Origin: Octopus vulgaris
Lineage: Eukaryota
Assembly (NCBI GenBank): GCA_951406725.2
Contig: OX597832.1
Span: 50,406,001 to 50,470,000 of the forward strand
Reading direction: 5' to 3'
DNA length: 64,000 bases
Under the pieces are notes generated by a model. That model saw only the letters and a program-made list of their open reading frames with translations. It searched no databases and had not been told where the DNA came from. This document shows, one piece after another, positions 24,601 through 38,900 of this stretch. Position 1 is the first letter of the stretch, and the number at the start of each line of letters is the position of its first letter. Both the position numbers and the translations under genes were made by a program.

Positions 24601-26018
24601 TATTTTACTAAATTCTTTGTTATATTTTAAAGTAACTGAAAGAAACACAAATCATCTCAAAATAAATACAGTAACGAAAGGGTTAACATCCATTTTTCCA
24701 TTCTCACATGGGTAAGATGGAATTTTGCTGAAGCAGATTTCCTATGGCTGGATACCTTCCTGTTGCAAACCATCACCTGTTTCCAACAAGGTAATATTTC
24801 CCTTGGCCTGACATGTCATTTTTTTAGCAGAGGACAGGAAATGAATAATGCCGCTTATATGACAATGATGCTCATTTACAACCATCATATGATGGTCAGG
24901 ACAAGCATACCCTACACTCATGCACAAGCAAACCCACCTACATACATATGTATGTACATATACAACAAGTTTCTTTCAGTTTCTAACAAATCCACTCACA
25001 AGGCTTTAGTTGATCTGGGGTCTATAGTAGAAGACACTTGCCCAAGGTGCCAAGTAGTGGGTCTGAACCAAAGACTATATAATTCAAAAGCAAGCTTCAA
25101 AACCACACTGTGCTTTTCTCCAATCCTTCTGCAGTTATTGTCGTCAAATGCCTTTCAAGTAGTTGTAACTGCTAAGGATGAGGGTGATGTGTAATGATAT
25201 TTTATTAAATATTCTGAAATGCAGAAGCGGTGCAAGTGGCCATTTTAGATCCACCCAGAGTAGAGGCAAGGGCAGTTGGCGGCTGTTTACTGTCGAGGTT
25301 AACCCTTTCATTACTGTATTTATTTTGAGATGCTCTGTGTTTCTTTCAATTAATTTTAAATATAACAAAGAATTTAGTAAAATAACTTAGTTATCATTCA
25401 ACTAGTGTTAGGAACATAAATTGTGACTAAGGTTTGGTGGGAGATTTTAATTCAAAACTCATGAAAACAAGACATTTGTACTACAGAGCCAGAGTCGGCT
25501 TCAGTCAGGTTAGTAACAAAAGGGTTAATGGTTTGTGAGAAAAGATATCAAGGATGAATTTCTAGAAGGGAGCATTTGTAGGGAAAAAGACTTGGTGGGG
25601 GGAAGTATTTTCTCCAGAGCCTGGAGGTGAAATGCAGAGAATGGTAACAGGAGGAGCTGAAACACGAGCAACTGGGATAACAAGACTGTGTTCTTTTCCG
25701 AATGCAGTATGAAACATGATTTGCTGTCCATTATTCATCAACAAAATATGCCAGGTGAGTGAACAGGTAAACATATGCAATCAGTATTGGTTTTTCAGGT
25801 CAATTAATGCAAGATTCTATTGTTGGATGCCCTTTTTATTGCCAACCCTTACCCATTTCCAAGCAATGTAATATTTCCCCAAGACCAGACATGTTTTCCA
25901 CAGAACACTGGAAAGGAACAACACTGCTTGTATGAAGGTGATGTTCATTTATAATCATCATATCTAGACAAGGATACACACAAACAGACACACACACGTG
26001 TATGTATGTATATATATA

Positions 26019-26060
<42 letters not shown>

Positions 26061-29000
26061 CATAGGAGTGGCTGTGTGGTAAGTAGCTTGCTTACGAACC
26101 ACATGGTTCCGGGTCCAGTCCCACTGCATGGCACCTTGGGCAAGTGTCTTCTACTATAGCCTCGGGCCGACCAAAGCCTTGTGAGTGGATTTGGTAGACG
26201 GAAACTGAAAGAAGCCCGTCGTGTATATATATATATATGTGTGTGTGTGTGTATATGTTTGTGTGTCTGTGTTTGTCCCCCCAACATCACTTGACAACCG
26301 ATGCTGGTGTGTTTACGTCCCCGTAACTTAGCAGTTCGGCAAAAGAGACCGATAGAATAAGTACTAGGCTTACAAAGAATAAATCCCGGGGTCGAGTTGC
26401 TCGATTAAAGGTGGTGCACCAGCATGGCCGCAGTCAAATGACTGAAACAAGTAAAAGATATATATATATACATATGTATTAATGATAGGCTTCTTTTGAT
26501 TTCAATATAAAGAAGCTACTCACAAGGCTCTGGTCAGTCAAGGGCCATAGTAGAAGATGCTTGCCCAAGGTGCTATGCCCTGGGAAGCAAGTTTCTTGAC
26601 TACACAGCCATGCCTATTTTCACAAATTATTTCTTACATAAGCATTTCTAGTGATGGAATGGGGGCTATAGTTGGTGATACTTTAATGTGTAAAACATGT
26701 ATCTGTGTGTAGAAAGAGGGGGGCATGAGGCAAATGTACAAGATATCAAAAGTAAGCCAAGGCAAAATGAAGGAGTTGATCTGTTCAAGACACTGCACAC
26801 TTGGAGATTTCACAGTAAAACATTGGTGCCTATGACAACTGTATATCGGAAAACTGAGATTTTAGAAATGAATAGGGGGGGGGGGAAAGCAAGGAAAATA
26901 AATAAGTCTTACCATAGAGATATTAGTGTTGCCTTTCGTAACAAACGTATCTCCACTGGCACAATCGATTCCAAAGAGGGCACAAATATCACCAGCAAAT
27001 CCCTCAGGCACTTCCTGTTAGTAAAGCAAAATATATGGATAGACATTTGTATTTTCATCATCATCGTTTAACGTCCGTTCTCCATGCTAGCATGGGTTGG
27101 ATGGTTCGACTGGAGTCTGGGAAGCCAGAAGGCTGCACCAGGCTCCGGTCTTATCTGGCAATGTTTCTACAGCTGGATGCCCTTCCTAATGCCAACCACT
27201 CCATGAGTGTAGTGGATGCTTTTTATGTGCCACCTGCACTGGTGCCAGGCGAGGCTGAATTGTAACATGCATGGTGAACAGCAAGAATCAAACCAATGAC
27301 TTGCATATTTCATCATCATCATTGTTTAGCGTCTGCTTTCCATGCTGGCATGAGTTGGCCGGTTCAACTGGGGTCTGGGAAGCCAGAAGGCTGCACCAGG
27401 CCCAGTCTGATCTGGCAGTGTTTCTACAGCTGGATGCCCTTCCTAACGCCAACCACTCCGTGAGTGTAGTGGGTGCTTTTTACGTGCCACCGGCACAGGT
27501 GCCAGACGAGGCTGGCAAACGGCCACGATCGGATGGTGCTTTTTACATGCCACCGGAACGAGGCCAGCCGGGGCGGCGCTGGCAACGGCCACGTTCGGAT
27601 GGTTTTCTTATGTACCACCAGCACTGGTATCACAGCTGCGATTTCCATTGTTGTTGATCAATTTCGATTTTCACTTGCCTCAACAGGTCTTCACAAGTAG
27701 AGTTTTGTGTCCCAAGAAGGAAAAGTATGCATAAGTGGACTGGCTACATCCCAGGTAGAGGCCATGGGTTATGGTCTCACTTGTCCTGCCGGGTCTTTTT
27801 ATTCATAAAAAATATGTTCTGGCAGATTCGAGCATGGATATGCTAATCACTGTTGTGTTTCGTTAAGAAGAAACTACTCCTTTCAGATGAATGTATATTA
27901 GTAACACACTCAGTTCGTTAGTGCAGGGGACTCTGGGAAAGCTGGTGTTTCAACATTGTTACATCTCATCAGTCTGAGGCACCTCTGACTAATGAATCTA
28001 ACAAGAATTCAAAGCAGATCATCATTTAATGCCCATCTTCCATGCTGATATGGGTTGGGTGGTCTGACAAGCAAGTAAACTGGAGAGCTGCACCAGGATC
28101 CCTTGACTGCTTTGGCCTGGTTTCTATGGCTGGATGTCCTCCCTAATGCCAACCACTTTATAGAATGTACAGGATGCTTTTTAAGTGGCACCAACACCAG
28201 TGGAGTTGCCAAGTAATTTGCAAGATGAAGATTTCACAACTGAGAGAGGGAGTGGAAGCATGAGAAGTGGCTTTGTGTCAGATGAGAGATTAGCACAAAG
28301 TTCTGTTATATTCTGCTTTCTGATACATACTGATATCTGACAACCGATAACAACAGCAATCAACATATTTAGGTTTGAATCTGCCAGAATGTATTAAGAA
28401 TGGATATGAAAGTCATCATTTTGATTCTTGCTGTTTAATGTGCATATAACAATTAATCATTGGTTGGCAGAGTATTTTAATGGAAATATGGTGATAAAAG
28501 GGTTAGGAAATTGAGAATTTCACGATTGCTTTAGTGTTTAATTTGCAGAAAAGAAAATACATGAAATGAATATTTTTGACAACAAAAGCTTAGAATTATT
28601 TTACGAAATACATTTGGATTGCAAATTTATAATTTAAAATAAATTTCAGTAATTCAGTAATAATTTTACCTGCATCTCATCAGCATGCATCCTCACTAAT
28701 CTTTGCACTCGAACCTTTTTCTGTGTTCTGGTATTGATGATTGTGTCTCCTCGCTTCAAGCTTCCTTGATACAAACGAAGATAGGTCAGCTGGCCAAATC
28801 TTCCTGCCTAAAGAAACATTAGAAAAAAAAACCAAAAAAAACTGTTTAAATTTTGTGTGATTATCATCATCATCATCATATATATGTTGATGACGATGGA
28901 CATTATTTCTCTTTTTAAACTCTGACACAAATATATCATTTTAGCATCCACTTTTCCACATTTGCATGGGTTAGACAGACTTTACTGGGCCAGATTTTCT

Positions 29001-29878
29001 ACAACTGGATGCCCTTCCTGTTGCACAGCCTCGTCTATTTCCAAGTGAGCTAATATTTCCTCATGGCCAGATATGTTTTTGCAGAATATTGAAAATGAAC
29101 GATATATCTTGTATGATAGTGACTCACAACTACCATGCAATGGCATAACGGGACTGTTCAATAAGTGACAGTGCTTGCTACATTTTCCAAGATGCTGTCC
29201 CACCCCAAGATTTTTAAAAATTCATTTCCTTTTTTTCTCACTACATGTCACATTGGGCAAGGTGTCTTCAACTATAACCCCGAGCCACTGAAAGACTTGT
29301 AAGTGAATTTGGTAGATGGAAATTGTAAGAAGCTTGTTGTACATACACACACACACAGCCTCTTTGCATGTCACCTTGGGTTTGCAACGTAACTTCATAA
29401 AAAAAATCCCAGCTCATCTTCAATGTTAAGACATTTACTTACTTCTAATTTGAATGCAAGTCCTACAAAGGGATTTGTTGCATCTCTTGCTGTGTCCAGA
29501 AGAAATTTTTCAGCATGTTCAACTCTGGAAATATAAACTAAGCAAATTACTTGAAATAACTTATTTTCAGACAAACACAACATAAATTAAAGAAAGTTCA
29601 GGTTGCCGATAATTGGTAGAAAGAGACAGTAATGTTCCATATTACGAAGTTTCTAAGTTTCTGGAGCAATACTCTTTTACTTGTTTCAGTCATTTGACTG
29701 TGGCCATGCTGGAGCACTGCCTTTAGTCGAGTAAATCGACCCCAGGACTTATTCTTTGTAAGCCCAGTACTTATTCCATCGGTCTCTTTTGCCGAATCGC
29801 TAAGTTACGGGGATGTAAACACACCACCATCGGTTGTCAGGTGATGTTGGAGAGACAAACACAGACACACACACATAC

Positions 29879-29917
<39 letters not shown>

Positions 29918-32900
29918 TACACGGGCTTCTTTCAGTTTCCATCAACCAAATCCACTCACAAGGCTTTGGTCGGCCCGAGGCTATAGCAGAAGACACTTGC
30001 CCAAGGTGCCACGCAGTGGGACTGAACCCAGAACCATGTGGTTGGTAAGCAAGCTACTTACCACTAGTGCTCTGTCAGTTACAACAATGAGCATTCCAGT
30101 CGATCTGATCAATGGAACATCCAGCTTGAGAAGTTAATGTGCAAGTGGTTGAGTACTCCACAGACATGTCCACCCTTCTCTGAGAGATTCAGCATGACAC
30201 AGAGTGTGACAAGGTCGGCCCTTTGAAATACAGGTACAACTCATTTTCGCCAGCTAAGTGGAATGGAGCAATATGAAATAAAGTATCTTGCTCAAGGATA
30301 CAACACGCTGCCGGGAATTGAACTCATGACTTTATGATAGTGAGCCAAATATTTTAACCACTAAGCCACACACCTTCACCAATGGTCATCATCATCGTTT
30401 AACGTCCGCTTTCCATGCTAGCATGGGTTGGACAAATGACTGAGGGCTGGCGAACACTAAAAGTGGATTCCTTGTTAGTATATTCAGAGCCACAGAAGGA
30501 GTTTGGGACTAACCAATGTTTGGAAATTCTCATATAATCAGTCAGTCTGAGACCCTCTTCGGTCATGACACAGACCATGGGATTGCACCTAGAGAGTTAC
30601 CCTCCCAAGCACATGTCTAGACAAGGTTGTTTATGGAAGACCAGCAGTCGCCCATGCATACCAGCCTCCCTTCTCCACGCCACCAGTGTTATCCAAGGGA
30701 AAGGCAAAGGGTGATACAGTTTGGCACCAGTGACGTCGCAGCTCTCTAGAGTCAGTAGCATGATTGAATATATCCAGTCCTTATAGTAAACTGGTTGGTT
30801 TTAAGAAGGGCTTTCTGCCATAAAAAAAAGTGCTACATGTTGGTGTATAATAAAGGGATACACAGAAAGTGAGAAATATCAAACACATTAATACATGCAT
30901 GGAAAGAAATATATGACTGTGATGATGAGGATTGACATAGCTAGAGTGTGTGCTGAATAGGGCAGCCCTTTGAGTCTGCAGCCCACCACCTGAATCCTAT
31001 ACAGGTTCATACAGCAGACCCACAAGTACTCTCCACACAAAAGCATTGCTTGGGTTAGACCCCCATCATCACCGCTAGCTACACTACAATGATGAAGATA
31101 GCAACATCTGTTTAATTACCCTTTGCTATTGTCCAGAGCATAGTTCTCCACTTCTTTCGGGTTTGGCAAGTATTCAAGGACGGAATCCAAAAGAGGTTGT
31201 ACGCCTTTGTTTTTCAAAGCTGTTCCCATGAAAACTGGATTGAATTTACGTTTCAAACATGTCCTCTTCACAGCAGCCTATTAGAAATAATAAAATACAT
31301 AAATGTATGATGGAAAAAAAAAAGGCATAAATATTTGGAAGAAAATTTAAATTCCAACAACCATAAACTTCTTTAAAAAAAATCTTAGATTCAATTCTAT
31401 ACAAACTGATCGTATAAATTAAATAAATGAGTTTGCTGACATTTTACAGTCAAACACTGAATTTGATCATAAAGTGAATATATGATATTTGCAAAACTAA
31501 ATTCAACCAAACAAAGAAGGCAGTTGCCAAATTAAAAGCCCTACTTATCAAATGAGAATGATTTCACATCAAAAGAGAATACCATAAATCTTCAAGTATA
31601 GGCCCTTGAGTATAATACGCAGGGGATTTTTAGGGAGTTGTACCTCTGAAAAACCTAAACCATGTGTATAATATGCACCCCTTCTCCAACTTGAGTCAAG
31701 GAGGTCTATATAACGTCCTTGGTTTGTAAAAATGTATACAGTAATGTCCTTTATTATTATTGTATATATAACATAATGCAAGCGTGTAGCTTTTTGTGCA
31801 TTTTGTTTGCAGAAAATAAAGAAATAACAGTAATAACGTTTAATAAATGTTGCTTACTGCAAGTTATGGATGATTCTTTTATGACTTCATTGCTTTCAGG
31901 CTTAGCTTAAGGTATTTTTGTGCCCGACATCACAAAATGCATCTGAATAAACATTGCCGGACAGCAAATAGAGACTCGGACATTGCTTAGAAAATATTTT
32001 TCATTTTTAACCTCGTATATAGTATGCACTAGGGATTTTAACCTTTAAATTTTGGGGGGAAAATGCGGATTATACTCAAGGATTTATGGTAGTTAATTTT
32101 ATAACATTTTAATGTCAATGTGGCCTCAGATATTGTATTACAGAGGAACCAGTTTTAATCATGTTTGGATGCTGATATCTGTATAATTGACTGCTGTGTA
32201 TCCATAGTAACAAGGTACATCAAAGACTAACAAATATTGCAGTGACAAAGAAAGACAGAAACTTTTCAAGAATTACCGAATTGCTTTAAAATGGGGAAAA
32301 AAATTCTTTTTCAAATCCTTACTCTTATTTCATTTTCAGTAGGTACCCGATCTTCCAAAAATATTTCACCAAAAATTTCATCAACATTGGCCAAACATTC
32401 TGAAGATAGAATGAAAAAAAGTAATGGAACCTTTATAAATTGTGAGAAAGTGAGTAATAATAAAAAAAAATTCGGCAAAGAGGAATTAGTTGTAAATTAA
32501 CTTTATTGTATATTCAAATATGAATTAGAGGCAGCTTAACAAAATCAAACACACACACAATGGTAACGATGATGATGACAGAACTAGTGAAGTTGCCTTG
32601 TACTCAACAAGACAGAACAGAACCTCACCACCACATTTATTCTCTGTTCAAATGGAGCAACTCAATCAATAAAGTGGGTAACAGAGATGGTTACATTTCA
32701 TTCAGGGCAATGTGGCCAACCAAATGCACAGCAGTGGAGGTGATTGCAAAAGGTGAACCAAGGTAGAAGGGAGAAAGAAATGAGAACATTAACAGGTAAA
32801 TATACAAAATCTTACCAATAAGTTCTGCTCTCCTTTCTTCAGTCTCTGTTCTTCTGTCAACAGGAATTTCGTCTTGAACAATATTGAGGCTATGACAAAT

Positions 32901-35900
32901 AAAAAAAAAAAATTCAACTTCAAGAGAAACGTTATTACTGTAGTAGACTAGATGTGAAGAACCTGTGCTTTTAAGGTCACATACAGCATGTTAGAACAGT
33001 AGCAAACAATTACTAAAGAAATCAGAATAATTTTCACTTAATAGTATTTCTATTGTGATCAATAAAATAAAATAAAGAGGATCTGTAATGGTGGCTGTTT
33101 GTGGCAATAAAATATCATCATCATCATTATTTAACGTCCACTTTCCATGCTAGCATGGGTAGGACAATTTGAGTGAGGACTGACGAACCAGATGGCTGCA
33201 CCAGGCTTCAATCTGATCTGGCAGAGTTTCTACAGCTGGATGCCCTTCCTAACGCCAACCACTCTGAGAGTGTAGTGGGTGCTTTTATGTGTCACCGGCA
33301 CGGGGCCAGTCAGGTGGTACTGGCAACGGCCACGCTCAAATGGTGCTTTTACGTGCCACCTGCACAGGAGCCAGTCCTGTGACACTGGCAATGACCTCGC
33401 TCGAATGCTTTTTCACATAACACTGGCACAAGTGCCAGTAAGGTGACGCTTGTAACGATCACACTCGAATGGTGCTTTTTACGTGCCACTAGCATGGAAG
33501 CCAGTAAGCTGCTCTGGCAACGATCATGCTCGGATGGTGCTCTTAGCGCTCCACTAGCACAGATGCCAGTCAACGAATTTGATTTCACTTGCCTCAACAG
33601 GTCTTTGCAAACAGAGTTTAGTGTCCAATGAAGGAAAGGTACGCATAAGTGGGCTGGTTACACCCTTGGCATAGACCACGAGGTTATGGTCTCACTTGGT
33701 TTGCAGGGGTTTTCTCAAGCACAGCATATTTCCAAAGGTCTCAGTCACTAGTCATTGCCTCGGTGAGGCCTAATGTTCAAAGGTCATGCTTCACCACCTC
33801 ATCCCAGGTCTTTCTGGGTCTACCTCTTCCACAGGTTCCCTCAACCGCTAGGGTGTGGCACTTTTTCACACTATTGACTTTTTGGTTAGTAGACCAATAT
33901 TTCTCTAATCCAGCCCACAATGACTGGCAATGTTTAAGTAAGTAGTAACATACCCCATAGGTTCCTTGAAGTATACAGCTTTTCTTTCAATCAAATCTAT
34001 AATGCCTTGCGTTTCAGACTCTTTTCCAATGGGAAGTTGGAGAAAAGCAGCATTGTGGTTCAGTTTTGATCTAATAAAAGACAAAAAGAAAAAAGCATTA
34101 TATTTATGTTAAGCATGTTAAGTACAATAAGCCTGCAACATTGAATAGGTAGGTTCAAATCTTCAGACACCTGTTATAACTGAATATTGTAGTTCCTCAA
34201 CATTATTCGAGCGGCATATCATGAAACAGCTTTTTGACATCAAACTGGTAATCACTTTAAGTAATCTTGACCACAGGTAGGAATCTTTTCTACTCTAGGC
34301 ACAAGGCCCAAAATTTTGGGGGTGGGGACCAGTCAATTAGATCAAGCTCAGTACACAACTGGTACTTAATTTATCAACCCTGAAAGGATGAAACACAGTC
34401 AACCTCGGTGGAAATTGAACTCAGAACATAAAGACAACCGAAATACCTATTTCTTTATTACCCACAAGGGGCTAAACAGAGGGGACAAACAAGCACAGAC
34501 ATAGGTATTAAGTCGATTACATCGACCCCAGTGCGTAACTGGTACTTAATTTATCGACCCCGAAAGGATGAAACACAAAGTCAACCTCGGTGGAAATTGA
34601 ACTCAGAACATGAAGATAAACGAAATACCACTAAGCGTTTTGCTCGGTGTGCTAACATTTCTGCCAGCTCACTGCCTTGACCACAGGTTAGAATGCAACA
34701 ACTGATGATATCCCAAACCAGGCAGAGAAATACTATGTGTTACATGCAGATTGGATACATTTACATATTAAGAATACAATCCTATAAATATAACATTACT
34801 CCAACCAGTGAAGGCGCATGGCTCAGTGGTTAGAGCATCCAGCTTACGATCGTGAGGTTGTGAGTTCAAATCTCAGACTGGGCTGCGTGTTGTGTTCTTG
34901 AGCAAGACACTTTATTTCACGTTGCTCCAGTTCACTCAGCTGTAGAAATGAGTTGTGACGTCACAGGTGCCAAGCTGTATTGACCTTTGCCTTTCCCTTG
35001 GATAACACTGGTGGCGTGGAGAGGGGAGGCTGGTATGCATGGGTGACTACTGGTCTTCCAAAAACAACCTTGCCCAGACTTGTGCCTGGGAGAGTAACTT
35101 CCTAGGTGCAATCCCATGGTCAGTCATTCCAAAGGGGGTCTTAGAAACTCCAACCATGAAAGGTAAATCATGCAGGTCATTACTTCTTTCATCATCGTTA
35201 TCATAGGGGGACTGAACATGGAACCATGTGGTTGGGAAGCAAGTTTCTTATTTCTTTATTGCCCACAAGGGGCTAAACAAGGATAGACAAAGGGATTAAG
35301 TCGATTACATTGACCCCAGTGCATAACTGGTACTTAATTTATCGACCCCGAAAGGATGAAAGGCAAAGTTGACCTCGAAGTAATTTGAACTCAGAACAAA
35401 ACGGCAGACGAAATACTGCTAAGCATTTCGCCCTGCGGGATAATGTTTCTGCCAACTCACCGTCTTCTTACCACACAGCCACACCTGCCCTTATGCATGT
35501 GTGTGTGTGATAGTATGTGCAAAAGTGTGTATGTTTGTGTCTCCTTGTTTTGACACCGTTTGAGAGACCAGCACGGTTCGTATGATGGTGACAACTGTCA
35601 CAATCATGCAAGCTGTGTCATTCATGTCTTATATTCTGCAAAAACATATCTGACAAGGGAGTGATATTACTTTGTTTGGAAACAAGTGAGAGTTGGTGAC
35701 AGGAAGGGCACCAGGCCACAAGAAACTCCATCCAACCCATGCAAACATAAAAAATAGGACGTGATTACAATGTTGATGATGACAACAAAATGCATGATCA
35801 ATGCACTTAAGTTAATCACTACACTGGCTCCTTTCCATCTAGCAATAATTGCATTTTACCAAGTCTTCTTTAGAGCAAAAGATGAGCTAGCATCACTGTC

Positions 35901-38900
35901 CTATGGAGACTTTAGCCAATTTGGTGGGAAATGTTGCAAGTCCTCCCGTCCAGATATCACCAGAAATTTGGGAAAAGAAGTGCAAGACCTCGGTGTGGTA
36001 AAGCGAGATTGTGAGGTTTGGGGAGAATTTATAAGGTTTGTCCAGATTGGAATCACCAAATTATGATGTATTTTTCAATATTGAAACCGAATAGCTATTA
36101 TCCAAGGGGAGATAACCAGTACATGTCAAAGTGAAATTCTAGAATTTAAAGCAACTAATGATGGTTAACAAACAGAAAAGAGAGAATAAATTATTTCGTT
36201 GTCAACGAAGAGGAGAAATCCAATATTTCAGATAGGTGCTTTTTTTTTTGTTAGAGAGAGATGAAATATTTACCAGTAGCAATAAATAAAAAGACTGCTT
36301 AAATAAATGGTAAATAAATAGACTTAGATTTGCCCTCTTCTTCTCAGCAAAATAATTTATTATGTGTCAAACTTGATGGGGGTTGGATTGAAAATGTTTA
36401 CCTTAGTTGTGAGAGGACCCTGTATGGGTTGGCTCCCATGCGATCTAACTTATTAATGAAAGTAATGCAGGGAACCATGTATCGCTTCATCTGACGGTCA
36501 ACAGTGAAAGTCTGACTCTGAACTCCTCCAACAGCACACAGTACAAGGATGGCACCATCAAGCACACGAAGAGCTCTCTCCACCTCAACAGTAAAATCAA
36601 CATGACCTGTTTAAAGATTTTTAGAAAAGACAAAGAAAAACACACATTAATTTCAGAAATATAATTCTAATATTTCTTTTAATCCTTTAGCAATCAGATT
36701 AATCTGTCAAATGTAGAGTTTATTTATTCAGTTTTGAATTAATCCTGCATTCATCATCATCATCGTTTAACGTCCGTTCTCCATGCTAGCATGAGTTGGA
36801 CGGTTCGACTGGGGATCTGGGAAGCCAGAAAGGTTGCACCAGGCTCCAGTCTGATCTGGCAGTGTTTCTACAGCTGGATGCCCTTCCTAACGTCAACCAC
36901 TCCGTGAGTGTAGTGGGTGCTTTTTACATGCCAGGCGAGGCTGGCAACAACCACGATCGGATTGGTGCATTTTAAATGCCACCGGCACGGAAGCCAGTCA
37001 AGGCGGCGCTGGCATCGGCCACGATTCGGATGGTGCTTTCTACGTGCCACCGGCACGGAAGCCAGTCTAGGCGGCGCTGGCATCGGCCACGTTCAGATGG
37101 TGCTTTTTACATGCCACCGGCACAGGGATCACAACTGCAGTTTCCATTGATTTTGATGTTGATGTACTTGACTCAATGGATCTCCTCAAGCACAGGGTCG
37201 AAATGGTGTTTCTTCACTTGCCACCTGCACAGGAGTCAGTCCAGCAGTCCTGGCAAATGCCAGGTGCCAGTCATAGGATTGGTTCAATTTCGATTGGTTC
37301 ATTATCTTGTAGCTTTGAGATTTCAATGATGTGATTACTCACTTTTAGAATGACATTGTAGAGTAGGTGTAAGAGGCTGAATCTTGCCAGTTTAAACACT
37401 AAAGGGTTAAATCCAGTTTCTCCTACTCTCAAACACTACATTCATTTTATTCAAAGTTTCACTCTGAGTGGCTGTGTGGTAAGTAGCTTGCTTACCAACC
37501 ACATGGTTCCAAGTTCAGTCCCACTGTGTGGCACTTTGGGCAAGTGTTCCAAACGCATAGTTACTAGAGTAAGTAAAAGGCAGAAAAAATTCAGGGATCT
37601 ATCATGTCTGCTGGTAAGAAACAGTTTTACTCTCAGAGTGAAGGACAGAGTGTATGGTCTTATATATGAAGTGTAATTCCTATAGTAGCAAAACATGGGC
37701 CTTGGATGAGCAAAAAATGGTAAGAAATATGGTGAGTATGCTTCATCAGATATGTAATTTTAGTGTATGTGAACAAGGGTGTATCAAAAAATATTAGAGA
37801 AAAGCTGGATTTAATAGGAGTCAGATGTAGTGTGCAAGAGAGAATGCTGTACTGGTACAGATAAGTGACCCAAATGGAAGATGTCAGCTGTATAAAGAAA
37901 TGCTGAGCACTTGAAGTGGCTCAAATATGTGAAGGAAGAAAATCTAGAAAAACATGGAATTAAGCGAGGACTAATCTATTAAGGCAAACTATAGCTTTTA
38001 GTAATATAGTAGTAATATTTGTTTGTTTTTTTACTTACCAGGTGTGTCGATAATGTTTATGTTTATACCTTTCCAGACAGTGTAAGTGGCAGCAGACTGA
38101 ATGGTGATGCCTCTCTGTCGTTCAAGTTCCATAAAATCCATTTTCGCTCCCACATCATCTTTTCCTTTCACCTGAATAAAATTAGAAAGAAAATCTAAAT
38201 CGGGGGAATTCTTTAAAAACATGCTAGACATCCAATTTGTTTGCCATAAACGGCAACAGAAATTGATGACTGAAGGATAGATTCATCATCATTTTCACCA
38301 TTTAATGTATGTCTTCCATACTGCCATGGGTTAGATAATTTGGAAAAAATCCAATCAGTCAGGAAACTGACTATGTCAGGTTCAAACGTTTCAGTTGTGC
38401 CATGGTTTCTATGGCTGGACGCCCTTCCTAACACCGACCATTATAAAAAGTGTAACTGGATGCTCTTTTTCATGGCACCAGGAAACCACAATCCTACGAC
38501 CGTGAGTCCACTTCTCTAACCACTGGGCCATTGCGCCTCCATTATTTAAATCATCATCATCATCATCATCGTTTAACGTCCGCTTTCCATGCTAGCATGG
38601 GTTGGACGGTTCAACTGGGGTCTGGCAAGCCCGAAGGCTGCACCAGGCCAGTCAGATCTGGTAGTGTTTCTATAGCTGGATGCCCTTCCTAACGCCAACC
38701 ACTCCGAGAGTGTAGTGGGTGATTTTATGTGCCACCGACACAGGTGCCAGACGAGGCTGGCAGACGGCCACGCTCGGATGGTGTTTTTTATGTGCCACCG
38801 ACACAGGTGCCAGACGAGGCTGGCAGACGGCCACGCTTGGATGGTGTTTTTTATGTGCCACCGACAGGTGCCAGACGAGGCTGGCGAACAGCCCATATAA

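Noticed and set aside
38720-38890. Regularly spaced repeats that look CRISPR-like (also 9555-9782)
   Set aside because: Eukaryotic context, no unique spacers and no cas genes; these are tandem modules.
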